A stretch of DNA of 64,000 bases from Phoronis australis (lineage: Eukaryota; Animalia; Phoronida), in contig NMRA01000434.1 in assembly GCA_002633005.1 (NCBI GenBank), positions 200,001 to 264,000 of the forward strand. Direction: 5' to 3'. Of this stretch, positions 52,460 to 64,000 are shown in pieces (positions within the stretch are counted from its first letter, which is position 1; the number at the start of each line of letters is the position of its first letter). The position numbers and the translations under genes are program-made. Under the pieces are notes generated by a model, which worked only from the letters and a program-made list of their open reading frames with translations, made no database searches and was not told where the DNA came from.

Positions 52460-53689
52460 CAGTAAACTCACGGGTTAACACCCATGCCCGGGTAATCGCC
52501 CACCCCCAGACTTTTGCCAAATTTCCATGTAAGCGCCCACTATTCAAGTAATCGCCCATCCCCCACTTTGCGCAAATTTCAGCTTCTTGGGTAATCGTAC
52601 ATCCCCAATTTTCCGCTAACAGAAATTGAGGTTGAACTTGTGCTTTTGTTTGCAGCTTTGCCTCGGGCTCAGACTTCCGTGTTTGCAGGAAACACGGCAT
52701 GCTTACGAACGATAATCTTGAAAAGTGCGTTTTTACCTGGCAATTGTGGAATAACTTAAGCACTGCAACTACCTTTTTTTAAACTTTTTAACTGGTCTTT
52801 TGTTAAAGTAATATAGGCCAACTCCGTACATTATAACAGAACTGGCGCTTTTCTACTACGAGATTAGTCATCATTCAGTAATTTTCTCAATCGGATTGTG
52901 CACGTACAAGTTCCGAGCACAGAGCATGTGATTTTGCTAAATAATGCCGGGCCGACCCAGATTTGAATTGAGTAATTAATCCCACCTCTCTCGTTGCAAT
53001 TGCACAGTGTGGGTCAGGCGGGGAAGCAAACCAGCCTCAATAAATTTTTACACTCACAACATTTAGCGAGCTGATGAGGTATGACACGAAACGTATTTTG
53101 ATTTAAAAACAGTCATTCTTCCTTGTGTTGTCCGTGGGTTTTTACTACTTGAAAAGAAGACCCATCAAGTGTCAAGCCTCAAACAATTCACGTGCAAATT
53201 TGACAAATGATGCGCTTGAGTTCATATTTGCATGTTTGAGACAGCTCAACTCAGTTCAGTTTTATCCCCTGAGTAACGCAATCCCGTCGGACCGGCTCAC
53301 ACCATGTCGCAAGTGTAAAAAGACTAGGTTGAGTTTGCAGCTGGGAACGAATCATCCGTGTTTTAATTGAGAGACCGAAATGTAATCACGTTCACAGATC
53401 TGAAACAGTTCTTGCTGATATGGTAAGTGGACTGCCATCAGAGTTTCATAAAGTTCCACAGAATGACACTTGACAGACCCAAGTTACAAGTTCCATGCTC
53501 GAATGAATACCTAGCGCGCTTGCCCAGCTCAGCTAAAATTTGGACGTAAGCAGCCACTGCTTGGGTAATCGTCAACCCCCCAACTTTTGCCAATTTTCGG
53601 TTTAAGTGCCCACTGCTAGGGTAATCGCCCACCCCCGTCTCAAGGTTTTCCAATTTAAGTGCCCAGGGTGTTAATCCGCGACTTTACGG
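52460..53689. mobile_element. Tc1/mariner (pogo/Tigger-like) non-autonomous element, TA TSD
   Basis: TA|CAGTAAACTCACGGGTTAACACCC ... GGGTGTTAATCCGCGACTTTACGG|TA, with subterminal GGGTAATCGCCCACCCC repeats. Confidence 0.8.
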
Positions 53690-56226
53690 TAATACTTTTT
53701 CAGTTCCCACTGGGTTTTTGTTCCATTTTTAAGAACTAGAGAACTACCGTGGTTAGACAGGGCCATAAATAACGCCCATGGAAGACAATTTACAAAGTTG
53801 CTAACAAATCCACAATTTGTCATGGACCTACTCAACATCAGATTAATATTATTGCGCTGGAACCGAGACTCTCTCACAAGACTGTCTTTACACGACCAGG
53901 GCACAGGGACTATAATCTTTCTACTCGAGATTAAGCTCAAAAAATTTTTTGATATTTTCCATTAAACTTTTGCCCAAACTCGTTTATAATTGATGACCCC
54001 AAAATTATAGTTGTAAGTTTGAGTTCTTACTTGAAATATCAAGTTTTTTCACAAGTATCAAGTAGCAAAGTTTGGAGCTCAAATGAAGGTGTCATAAAGT
54101 ACAGACTTGGACGATCGTGTGAACAACACTACAAATTTCAATGCTGATTGATTACAAAGATTAGACCCCGGGCCCTGAAGATTGAATCGGGTGGAGAGAA
54201 TAAGATCATATTCGTACGAGCAGATGAGCTCCAAAAAACATAAGGTTTCTTAAGCCATATTTACATGGGAGACAGCTGTCACGAAGCAACTAACACGGAA
54301 CAGCTGATCGGGCGCAAGTGTGGGTGTAAACAGGACTGACACAGAGCAAGTAGGTGACACTGCGGCGGTCATTTTTGACACCGGTTTGAGAGGCACAGCG
54401 AATTGCACTCGATCAGTTGCTCCAGTGTCAACTACACATCTAAATACAACTGGTATAGGGTGGAAAGGGATCATCTTTCAATGCATTTGAGCAATAGCGT
54501 TGGGTAATCTGCTAGCATTCCAAGTGGTTTGGACATTCGCAATTGTATTGTTTATGCGAGCATGCGCAGACTGTCTTTGTGTAAACGACTCATGGTGATC
54601 CAGTTAGCGATCTAACAACTGCTTCTCATGTAAAAACAGCTATACATCCTGAATCCATCAAGGACATTACAACTGTCATCAAAGGTGTAGACCTGTGTGT
54701 AATTGTAACTATTCAGCACTCTCCTTGTTAATGAGCTAGTGGCTGTCCAAATGACTAATGACTTTTGTAAAATTTGTGAATATTCTGCACTTCCGTACTT
54801 GTATTGTAATTAGCATTTTCTGCCCCACTAGTTTACCATACTCCTACGCATACATTCAAAAATCAGGGGGTTGGTGCTGAGCCATTAGCATGGGCATTTC
54901 AAAACAATATTGTTGAGAAATTGGGGGTGGCTGTTTATCTGAAGGGCCCAATCCTCATGTACTTTAAGTTTGTCCTTCAAGTTTAATACCTATAGCAGTG
55001 CTAAGGTGAATAATGTAAAATGCTGACCTTTATATCTGGAAGCTATCAGTGGAGGATAATGTCTGGAGATAAGGATGATAAAATGGAGGGCAACACTATG
55101 AAAGGTAAAATGGAGAGGGAGTGTGGAAGGTAAAATACAGTCTACATTTGTAAGTGTAAACTAGTGCCTTTGCGACACTTTATTAAGTCAATGAACTTTC
55201 AAAAAAAAACACTTTCTGCTTCATTTCAGATATCGTTGAAATTTGTTTCATTAATTTTAAACAAAACTTATCGGTAAGTGATGTGAAAAATTGTTATTTG
55301 AAAACAGTTTGATAAAATTCGATTTTCCTTATTTACAATGTACCATATTTACAGAACACAGCCGGGTGTTTAATGCTTTTCAACATATCTTCAGCAATTT
55401 TAAGCCTTTTGCTATGAAGGCCCAGGCTGAGAAGTCTCAAATTCAGAATCCAACTTGAAGGGGTATTTTGCAAAAACAGGATTTTACTTTTCGTTGTTGG
55501 GTCACATGCTAAGTAATTAGATTGCTGTTGGGTACTTATTGAAAGCATTTGAGCTATCTTGGAGAGATTCTTGAAACATATTAACCAATCATGACTTTCA
55601 AAAGAAGCTAACAATGTATGTGGTATTAGATCTCCCTAATGTAATTGTGGACCAAGCCATCTTCTTCACTGTTCTCCCGTACATGATAGTGGACCATGCC
55701 AGGTTGAAACAGTACATAAAGTTCAGGAGGTGTGTCAGTCAGTGACCCAGCAAAACATAAGAAAAAAACACATCAAGATCCTACTTTCTATATCTGTCCT
55801 GGGCAAAAGGGTCTAAGACAGAAATGTAAAGCTGTTTTTACACGGTGCGACTTGCTCTACTTAAGTTGCATTTACGTGACATTAGACCGCAAACTGTATC
55901 ACCATGAGTCATTTACACAAAGAGTGTCTGCCCATGTTCGCATAAACAATAGCAAATGCCCAAACCACGTGGAATGCCAGCGGATCACCAGTCAAACCGG
56001 TGGCCTTCACTGGTGTCAACTTGCTCCATACCAGTAATGTTTACACACACACACTTGCACACCTAGTTGTTCTGTGATATTTGCTCTGTGACAGCTGTCT
56101 CTCTGGTGTAAATGTGGCTTAAGATTACTGGCTGAGCCTGCATATGTGTTAGCAAAACACATTCAGTAAAAAGTGGACATTTTCCTGCCCAAGTATGCCA
56201 AGGTGCTGCTGAAAACGACTATTCGG

Positions 56227-56476
56227 CAGTTAGCGTGCAGAAAGGGGGCCGACAGCGTGATGGACCCGGGCATCCACATCGGGGGGCATCCAATCACTTT
56301 GTCTTGAAAAAGTTTTTGAAATTGTGGACTGACTGATATGTACTTAAATTGAATGCAGTTTTTATTTTATGTTTCACCTTTTTTACTTTTCTTAGTATTA
56401 GGGTCCATGTACTTGAGTAGAGAGGGGCATCCAATAAAAAATCTGTTCGGGCATCACCAACCTCTGCATGCCACTG
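56227..56476. mobile_element. Old hAT-like MITE
   Basis: CAGTTAGCGTGCAGA ... TCTGCATGCCACTG. The 8-bp flanks CTATTCGG and CTGTTCAG match at 6 of 8. GGGCATC repeats. Confidence 0.55.
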
Positions 56477-58289
56477 CTGTTCAGTGCCAAAGAGGAGCGA
56501 GATCTGCACATTTTCAGGGTCAAACTTTCATGATCACAAACACACTGGAACCTGTAGGACGTCTAGATCTAGTAAACTGGGGGTGGGCATTAAGCACATC
56601 GTGGCATAACAGAGTGAACATTTTGGAAATTTTAAGGGTGGGCATTAAGTCAAACAGATGTCTGTTACTCTGGATAAGTAGAGTATTTCCCCATAGCTCA
56701 CATTTTACAAATACCAGGATGTAACAAATGCGGCATGAGGCTTCTTCATTGTACAATAAAACACAGATCAATAATTTTTTAGACATCTGTCATCAGCACA
56801 CACCTCTTCTACTGCCACTTGTAATTCAATTAGAATTGAATTCTGAAACTTGAAATAAAGGTGAATATATAGCCTGAGCTGTGAGCGCTAAATTGGAATT
56901 TCTTAAAGTTGAGGGGTATGCTTAGTGGAGCAGTGAGCACTTATTATGAAACCATAAGAAAGTAGGGAGTAGTCGCATGCATGAGCTGCATAGTCGCTAA
57001 CCCGAGTATTTGCAATAATAAGATACTGAAAGACTGCAATAGTAAGAAATGTTACTACGATTTTGTGAGATAAACTCCAACCAGTAGGGGTGACTTTCTG
57101 TCTATTTTTATAACCTACACTGTTTCCGTTTTAGCCACCCGGAATAATTTTGTTTTTTATTGCCTGCCTCAGCCGGAACAAGATTCTTTCTATTGGAGTC
57201 TAAAAATTTTACGTCGTGGTCCGGGGAGCGTTGGCGGGTTTATATGAAGAGAAGAATACAAAGTTCGCTAACCACAACTTCGCACCTACCCGTTTAGTTG
57301 CAATAGCTGTCTACAGGCATACATGTAGAACATCGGACTTAGGGAACACCAACCCGGAGAAACATCGGAACAGGAAAATATCAGTTCTGAGCTACGTCGG
57401 TCCCAGGGAATATCGTAAAGCATCGGGACTTTTATAATTGCTGGGAATCTATTAAGTTCATTATCAAATAAACCATTGGCATCCGCGTGCTTACGGAGCC
57501 AAGCTCATGTACTCTTTCATTTAGAACTGTCGCTGTTCTCTTTTGATGTGCAGCTTTGGAGTGGTACGCACGTGCGAGTTCACCCACCTGGAATCGCTGG
57601 AGATGGCTTACGCTTTACGTTAGCAACAACATGTGACAGATGACTTATATGTCGTGCTCGTAGCCCCAAAAACAAGAAAAGGGTTTGAGAATTTCTTAGC
57701 CACTCAAAAACTACTTTGCTGAAAGTAAAGATGTGACCATCGTATGGCAATTAATGGGGTTGCCATTTTCCTGTTTGCCGTCTCTTGCGATAAAAACGGA
57801 GACGCACATTTCCAAGTCATGATCGTCTGTCGCCGCCGCCTGCGCACTAACAACAGGACCGACCAGTGCCGCAGTGCAATAGAAATAAAATATTGTCGTG
57901 GATATTCAATAACAAGAGCAACACGGAGCGATGAAAAGCACCAACGAATGCACCGCAAATGGAGTACTTCAAGAGTTGTACATTTGTAACATAAAAATGG
58001 CCACTAGATGGTGCAAAACGTCCAATTCATCTAAAAACGGAACATGCCATCGCTTCTCCAATAGAAAGTTATTTACTAAATTTCATAAAAATCTAACAGA
58101 AAATCAGAGAAATAAATGAAAATGAAATTGCCTCTAGGGGGCACCGCGGCCACCTGCAAGTCATCGTCTATTTTTAGTTTCCTATAATTACACTTACTAA
58201 ATTTAATAAAGATCCTGCAGTGGGTTTAGGAGATACAGCTATGGGTGCAAAACAAAACAAAACCACAACTAGGAAGTGTGACAGTAGTC

Positions 58290-58799
58290 CAGGCCTTTAT
58301 CCAGGATTTTGAAAATAGGGTGTCCAAAATGGGGTTCCCAATATTCCAGGACGTTCATGATTCCTTCGCGTAACCCCCCACCCCCAGCAATACCCCCAAA
58401 CACACAGATTTTTTTACCAAAAATGCATAGATCAAGGGTTTTACATCTAAGTTTATAAAACAGCCTTCTATGGTGAGCATTTTTATTTAAAAAAACTGTG
58501 TAGACCAAGACTTTTACAATGCTGTCAATCAAGTGTCAAAATAGCAACAATGCATATACTTTGTATATACATTATAAATTTCTTCCTGCTTTGAAAAAAG
58601 AGCCCCCACTGTGAGCCTTCAGAGGCTTCCTAGTATTCATTACAATGTGTGAGTCCAAACTTGAAAGGTTCCTATTGACAGTGGCCGTCCAAATGATACA
58701 TTGGGTCCAAATGATACATTGGGTGACCTTGTCAGGGCCTCCAAATTAGTGCTAGGGCGTCCATTTGGACGCCAAGGACATACCCTGCATAAAGGCCTG
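58290..58799. mobile_element. hAT-type MITE with perfect 8-bp TSD CAGTAGTC
   Basis: CAGTAGTC|CAGGCCTTTATCCAGG ... CCTGCATAAAGGCCTG|CAGTAGTC. Confidence 0.9.
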
Positions 58800-59619
58800 C
58801 AGTAGTCGAAGTCATCATCGTCAACTGTCTTCTTCACACTGAGAACATGCACGCCAATTTTCAAAATCATCCTTAGAATGGTTTGGCTGATAGAGGGGTG
58901 GACGCCAAGAAACAGACTTGAAAACAGTAAAGATGGCCTTTAAGTGACGCAAAATACCTCAAATCCATCTAAAAATGGTAGGATAGCTTCACTTCACCAA
59001 TAGACGCTTATATTCCAAATTTTATGAAACTCTGTTGAGGACCTTTGAATATACTGAGGTTAACGTAAACAAGAGCAATGCAGAGCGTTGAAATGCAACC
59101 ACAATTGCACCGCATACGGTATCCTTCTAGGGTTGTTTATTGGTACCATAAAGTGGCCAGTAGAGGACATATATGTAGTATGTTGTACTTTGCAAAATGG
59201 AAAGGCATGGTCATTGTCTCCTCAATAGGCTATGGGCAAAATGTGAGTGATCTTCATAAGCACATCCTATACACCAGTTGCTTAAAGGCGAAGGCAACCT
59301 TTTTCCATGTCATTTTGAGCTAAAATAAGGTGGGTTGGTTATCCTAAACATATTTTCCACTTAATTACAGTTTTTCGTAATTTTATTAATTACTCGTCCG
59401 CTACTCCAGAAGTGATGTTTTAGGAGGCAAGCGTTTCCCGCCACTTGGTTTTGCGTTGACTTTACCATGCGAATCTGTTCTATTCTACTTTTGTTTTGTG
59501 CTGTTTTTCAACAATTGTCGCCACCACTTTCCAACGGCGAGTATTCTGCGACAAGATAGGTTAGTAGAGAACTCAACTATGTTGGATTTATGGATTGTTT
59601 AGTGTGTTGTAAGCTGAAA

Positions 59620-59930
59620 ATGGCTGGAGTCGGTGACCCGTATCACAGTGACAGTAGTGTGAGTGACGGAGACCTTGTTCACAGCAGTGGTGACGAGGAA
59701 TTTTTTCATGGACATTCAGTGGGTGGGTATTGTTCGAGCCCGAGTATAACGAGGCAGAGTACGCACAGGCACAGGCAACTGTGAGAGAAACGAGGCGGCT
59801 AGTGAGGACAGACGTGGTGACACATCTTGGTGCAAATGCACTGTGTGCGTTGTTATGCCTACCTCAATGGAATGCTTGTGCTGTTCAGAGTTCGACGAGG
59901 CCAAGCCACTACTGGACATGGTTAAGTGGA
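59620..59930 (+). pseudogene. KolX-like (P2X7 intracellular Cys-rich domain-like) fragment, frameshifted
   Basis: Acidic N-terminus, FEPEY, then SWCKCTVCVVMPTSMECLCCSE, spread across three frames. Confidence 0.8.
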
Positions 59931-60361
59931 CCTCCCGCATACCACGGACAGAGGAACAACTGTCCCACTTGCCAGAGTGTCCCGCGACACACTCCCACTG
60001 GATGGTTACCTAAGCACCCAAACTGCTTACATCGTGTGGTGTGACTCCCTCGCCACACACCTGGAACCTTCTAAATAGACAAATCCACAATAAACTTATC
60101 AAAGTTTGGCTCACCGATCTGTTCACTGAACGACAAACTGTCCTCTTCACTGGGTGTCGAACTGAGCCTGCAATCACTCCCACTACTCAATATCGCTGCA
60201 GGGCTGCTTAGAGGCTCTGGGCTGGAGAAAAAAGCACAGGGCGAATCACTACTGGTTCCAGGAATTGCATGCAATGGGATACGTTCGGAAGCACTGGTGA
60301 CAGTAGATGAAGTGCCTCCGGTCACTGTATATAGTGGCCACAGCTCGCGATGCTTCTCGCT

Positions 60362-60697
60362 TCAAAAACGCACTTCTCGGGGTTGGCCGGGCGACGGGGC
60401 ACTGCCGGGAATCAACACAGACGGAATTGCTTCCTTCTTCAGGCGTTGTTTCGCAGGGACCTTCATCAGTTCAGCGTACAAATTCCTTTCGTAACCGGAG
60501 GGCAGAAAGTTCTTGCCACACACACGGTAATTCTCCACTGCTTTGTGCGTTGCATGGACGGGTAACGCTGCGTTCTTCACACGAACGAGCCAAGTACGGC
60601 GAAGTGTGTCATCCATCGGAAAGTGATGCAAAGGTACTCCCAAAGCGCGCGGGAGCCGATAATTAGTACATTCCGGTACGCAGCAACAGTGTGGCAT
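60362..60697 (-). CDS. THAP domain, N-terminus of a truncated Kolobok transposase
   Basis: MPHCCCVPECTN...LHHFP.....RRTWL...RVCGKNF...RLKKEAIPS. The His ligand of CxxHF is replaced by N, and no DDE core remains. Confidence 0.8.
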   Translation of the reverse strand: MPHCCCVPECTNYRLPRALGVPLHHFPMDDTLRRTWLVRVKNAALPVHATHKAVENYRVCGKNFLPSGYERNLYAELMKVPAKQRLKKEAIPSVLIPGSAPSPGQPREVRF

Positions 60698-61129
60698 GTT
60701 GACTGACTAGTAAATGAAAGCAAACGACGACGGAACTTAACACAACCGAAGTGGAACAACGGCTGACTCGGCAGCTCTCACAGTCAGACTATATGAAAAG
60801 AAATTGGCGCGAAATGCTTGCCTCCTAAAACGTCACTTCTGCAGTAGCGGACGAGTAATTAATAAAATTACGAAAAGTTGTAATTAAGTGGAAAATATGT
60901 CTAGGATAACCAACCAGCCTTATTTTAGCTCAAAATGACATGGAAAAAGGTTGCCTTCGCCTTTAAAGCACCACAGAAACATAGAATTAAAAACAAATTT
61001 ACCAACATACGAGATTAGCACAGCATTAGAATGCCAGAAACAAATTTCTACTTGGAACTTTTCCTTCTTAGTCACGAAGTAACACAAAGTATACACCTGA
61101 AGACTTGATAAAGAGGTCAATGTAAAATA

Positions 61130-62520
61130 CTAAAATTGCCACTAGAGGCATACCGGTAGTCAGAATATCCTAAAGTCGTCATCGTCCGTTGTCAACATCA
61201 CATAAATACACTTGCTAAATTTAGTAAAGATCCTGCAAACGGTTTGGGAGATACAGCCATGGGCGCAAAAAAAACTGCCACTAGAAGGCGCCACAGTAAT
61301 CAAAGTCATGGGAAAATTCAGCGTCAACCGTCCCCTTCATAGTAAGAACATACATGCCAATTTTCACAATCATACTTATAGCGGTTTGGTTAATAGAGGG
61401 GTGGACGCCAAAAAACAGACTCAAAAACAGTAAAAATGGCCACTGGGTGTCGCAAACTAGCTTGAATCCATCCGAAAACGGGAGGATAGCGTCATCGCAC
61501 TAATAGGTGCCTACATACCAAATTTCATGAAAATCCGTTCAGGACTTTTGAAGATACAAAGGTAAGCGTAAAAAACTAAAATTGCCACTAGGGGACACAC
61601 TGGTAGTCGGATCCATCCAAAAGTCGTCATCTTCCGTTGTTAACATCATATAAATATACTTACAAAATTTCGTAAAGATCCTGCGAACGCTTTAGGAGAT
61701 ACAGCCATAGGCGCAAAAAAACAAAACTGCCACTAGGAGACGCCACAGTAGTCGAAATCGTCGGAAAATCATCGTCAACTGTCCTCTGCATAGTGAGCAT
61801 ATACATGCCAATTTTCACAATCATCCTTTGAGCGGTTTGGTTGATAGAGGGGTGGACGCACAAAAACAGACTCGAAAACACTAAAAATGGCCACTAGGTG
61901 GCGCAAACTATGTCGAATCCATCTGAAAACGAGAGGATAGCGTCATCTCACTAATAGGTGCCTACATACCAAATTTCATGAAAATCCGTTCAGGACTTTT
62001 GAAGATACAAAGGTAAGCGTAAAAAAATTTAAATTGCCACTAGGGGGCACACCGGTAGTCGAATCCGTCCAAAATTCGTCATCTTCCGTTGTTAACATCA
62101 TATAAATATACTTACACAATTTTGTAAAAAATCCTGCGAACGGTTTAGGAGATACAGTCATAGGCGCAAAAAAACAAAACTGCCACTAGGAGGCGCCATA
62201 GTAGTCGAAATTGCTGGAAAATCATCGTAAACCGTCCTCTACATAGTAAGCATATACATGCCAATTTTCACAATCATCCTTTGAGCGGTTTGGTTGATAG
62301 ATGGGAGGACGCACAAAAACAGACTCGAAAACACTAAAAATGGCCACTAGGTGGCGCAAACTATGTCGAATCCATCTGAAAACGGCAGGATAGCGTCATC
62401 TCACTAATAGGTGCCTACATATCAAATTTCATGAAAATTCGTTCAGGACTTTTGAAGATACAAAGGTAAGCGTAAAAAACTAAAATTGCCACTAGGGGAC
62501 ACACCGGTAGTCGGATCCGT
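61130..62520 (+). repeat. Higher-order tandem repeat: ~452-bp unit of three diverged ~150-bp monomers, about 3 copies
   Basis: Equivalent GCCACTAG sites recur at 61583/62035/62487 and at 61438/61889/62342 (period 451-453 bp). Confidence 0.9.
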
Positions 62521-64000
62521 CCGAAAGTTCGCACATGCCGTCCCATTCATGAATGGAACACATGTGCCAAATTTCATGAACATGTGTCAAAGGGTTTTGG
62601 AGATAAGGCAGCGGACGCCGGACGGACGCCGCCCGGACGGATGGACGGACGGAGATGACGGCATAATGCGTCCACATATAAATATGTGGGCGCATATAAA
62701 CTAAAATTGGCACTAGCAGGAACACTGGTGAAAAGAGCTGTGCGAAAGTTGTCGTCGTCCGTTGCCAACATCATATAAATACACTTGCTAAATTTAGTTA
62801 AGATCCTGCAAACGGTTTAGGAGATACAGCCATGGGCACAAAAACAAAACAAAACTGCCACTAGGAAGCGCCAAAGTAGTCATAGTCTATAGATGCCTAT
62901 ATTCCAAATTTTGTGAAAATACGTTGAGGACCTCCGAAGATACAGAGGTAAGCGTAAGAACTAAAATTGCCACTAGGGGGCACACCGGCAGTGGGAAAGG
63001 TCCGAAATTTGTCATCATGCTTCGTCAGCTTGATAAGACCACATCTGCCAAATCTCATCAAGATCCTGTGAGGGTTTAGGAGATACAGCTGCGAACGCCA
63101 GACGCTCGGACAGAGATGTCAGCAATATGCGACCACATATAAATATGTGGGCGCATAATAAGGACATCTTACATGAAAAACAAAATGTTTTACCATCACA
63201 AAGTTTGGTAAGTTGATCGTTTAATAACTAGGAGAAACACCGCTGTTTTGTGACGTTTTATGACGTGTCATGATGTGGTCCGAAACTTTCTTCGGCGCAT
63301 CGGGAAATTTGCAAAAGTAACCGAAAATGTTAGCCAATGAAACGCATCAAAGATTGATTCTGCATTTTTCCACGTTCATGTGACATATTTATAAGTCATC
63401 TGGATGGCTGTTCTCGGTTAGTGTTCTTTCGAACTTGATTTGGCAACAACCAAATAACGGTCGGATTCACACGAGTTGTTTTATATTTGCCAAGTATCTG
63501 TCGAGAAGTGTAAAAACTCAGCTTGCATACGTTGGAAATTCCAGGTAGCATATTGCGACTTGATACGAGCTGACAAAAATCTCAGCTTACATTTCCAAAT
63601 TTTTAGACACAAATGCGACCTACAGCTCATTATGTCGAGCCCTATGGGGCCCTGTTTTGCGCGCGGGGGCCCTCAGCTGTTTCTCAGTAGCTTTAATGGA
63701 TAATCCAGCACTGGTTTCATTTGAGATTGGAAATGAAACCTTGGTCATTACTTCTATTTTCATTATTTAATTTCCACTGTACAATGAACTATTGACTATC
63801 CTCTCTCAATGAGCTGCCTCCTCTAATAGCACTGGGAAAGGGTGCATAACATTAAATGCCTGTTCACTTTCTTGACGTTCCTGAGTTTTTAGTAGCATTA
63901 GATGATTACGCTTCGTTCTCCAAAAACAGTCGTTTTTCTGCCATTCTCGTGCATATAGAAAACGTGATAGCTCACACATCTACTTTTACATCAACGTGTA

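Larger units (their letters stand above)
59286..60962. mobile_element. Internally deleted Kolobok DNA transposon (TTAA TSD, ~155-bp TIRs)
   Basis: TTAA|AGGCGAAGGCAACCTTTTTCCATG... is inverted at the right end. It contains convergent THAP and KolX-like 5' fragments. Confidence 0.92.
57910..63160 (+). mobile_element. Helentron-associated (HINE/pearl-like) non-autonomous elements with internal tandem repeats, interrupted by nested insertions
   Basis: AACAAGAGCAA starts (~57913, ~59068), ~150-bp core repeats, a (GGAC)n tract at ~62620-62650, and terminal hairpins ATGCG(T/A)CCACATATAAATATGTGGGCGCAT at ~62667 and ~63128. Related fragments at ~29980-30400 and ~44370-45530. Confidence 0.65.

Noticed and set aside
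36200-57900. Numerous 60-130 aa ORFs in the track
   Set aside because: They show no domains, many use non-ATG starts, and their composition is that of intronic or repeat DNA.
61130-63000. Regularly spaced repeats resembling a CRISPR array
   Set aside because: The context is eukaryotic, the 'spacers' are themselves repeated with a 452-bp period, and there are no cas genes.

Overview
AT-rich, intron-containing, repeat-dense genomic DNA from an animal, probably a marine invertebrate (inference). Three host genes are supported. (1) An uninterrupted galactose-3-O-sulfotransferase-like CDS (+, 2090-3250). (2) A 3-exon secreted protein (+, 13898-24851, 549 aa): signal peptide, coiled coil, Ser/Thr stalk, then a CASPR/neurexin-IV-type fibrinogen-like domain. 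(3) A single-domain hexokinase (-, 26816 to beyond 36107) with two duplicated alternative terminal exons and several candidate 5' exons in a very large upstream region. The rest is mostly mobile DNA: the 5' end of a Gypsy LTR element; a pogo-like DD35D transposon with a C-terminal PHD finger, inserted into a small PHD-finger ORF; a 5'-truncated RLE-type (HERO/NeSL-like) non-LTR retrotransposon bracketed by an 89-bp direct repeat; Kolobok-type TTAA elements (THAP, KolX); many MITEs; tRNA-derived SINE heads; and a Helentron/HINE-like element with a ~452-bp higher-order repeat rich in CTCF-like motifs. There is one N at 22857, probably an assembly join. All calls come from manual reading and motif recognition; no searches were run.
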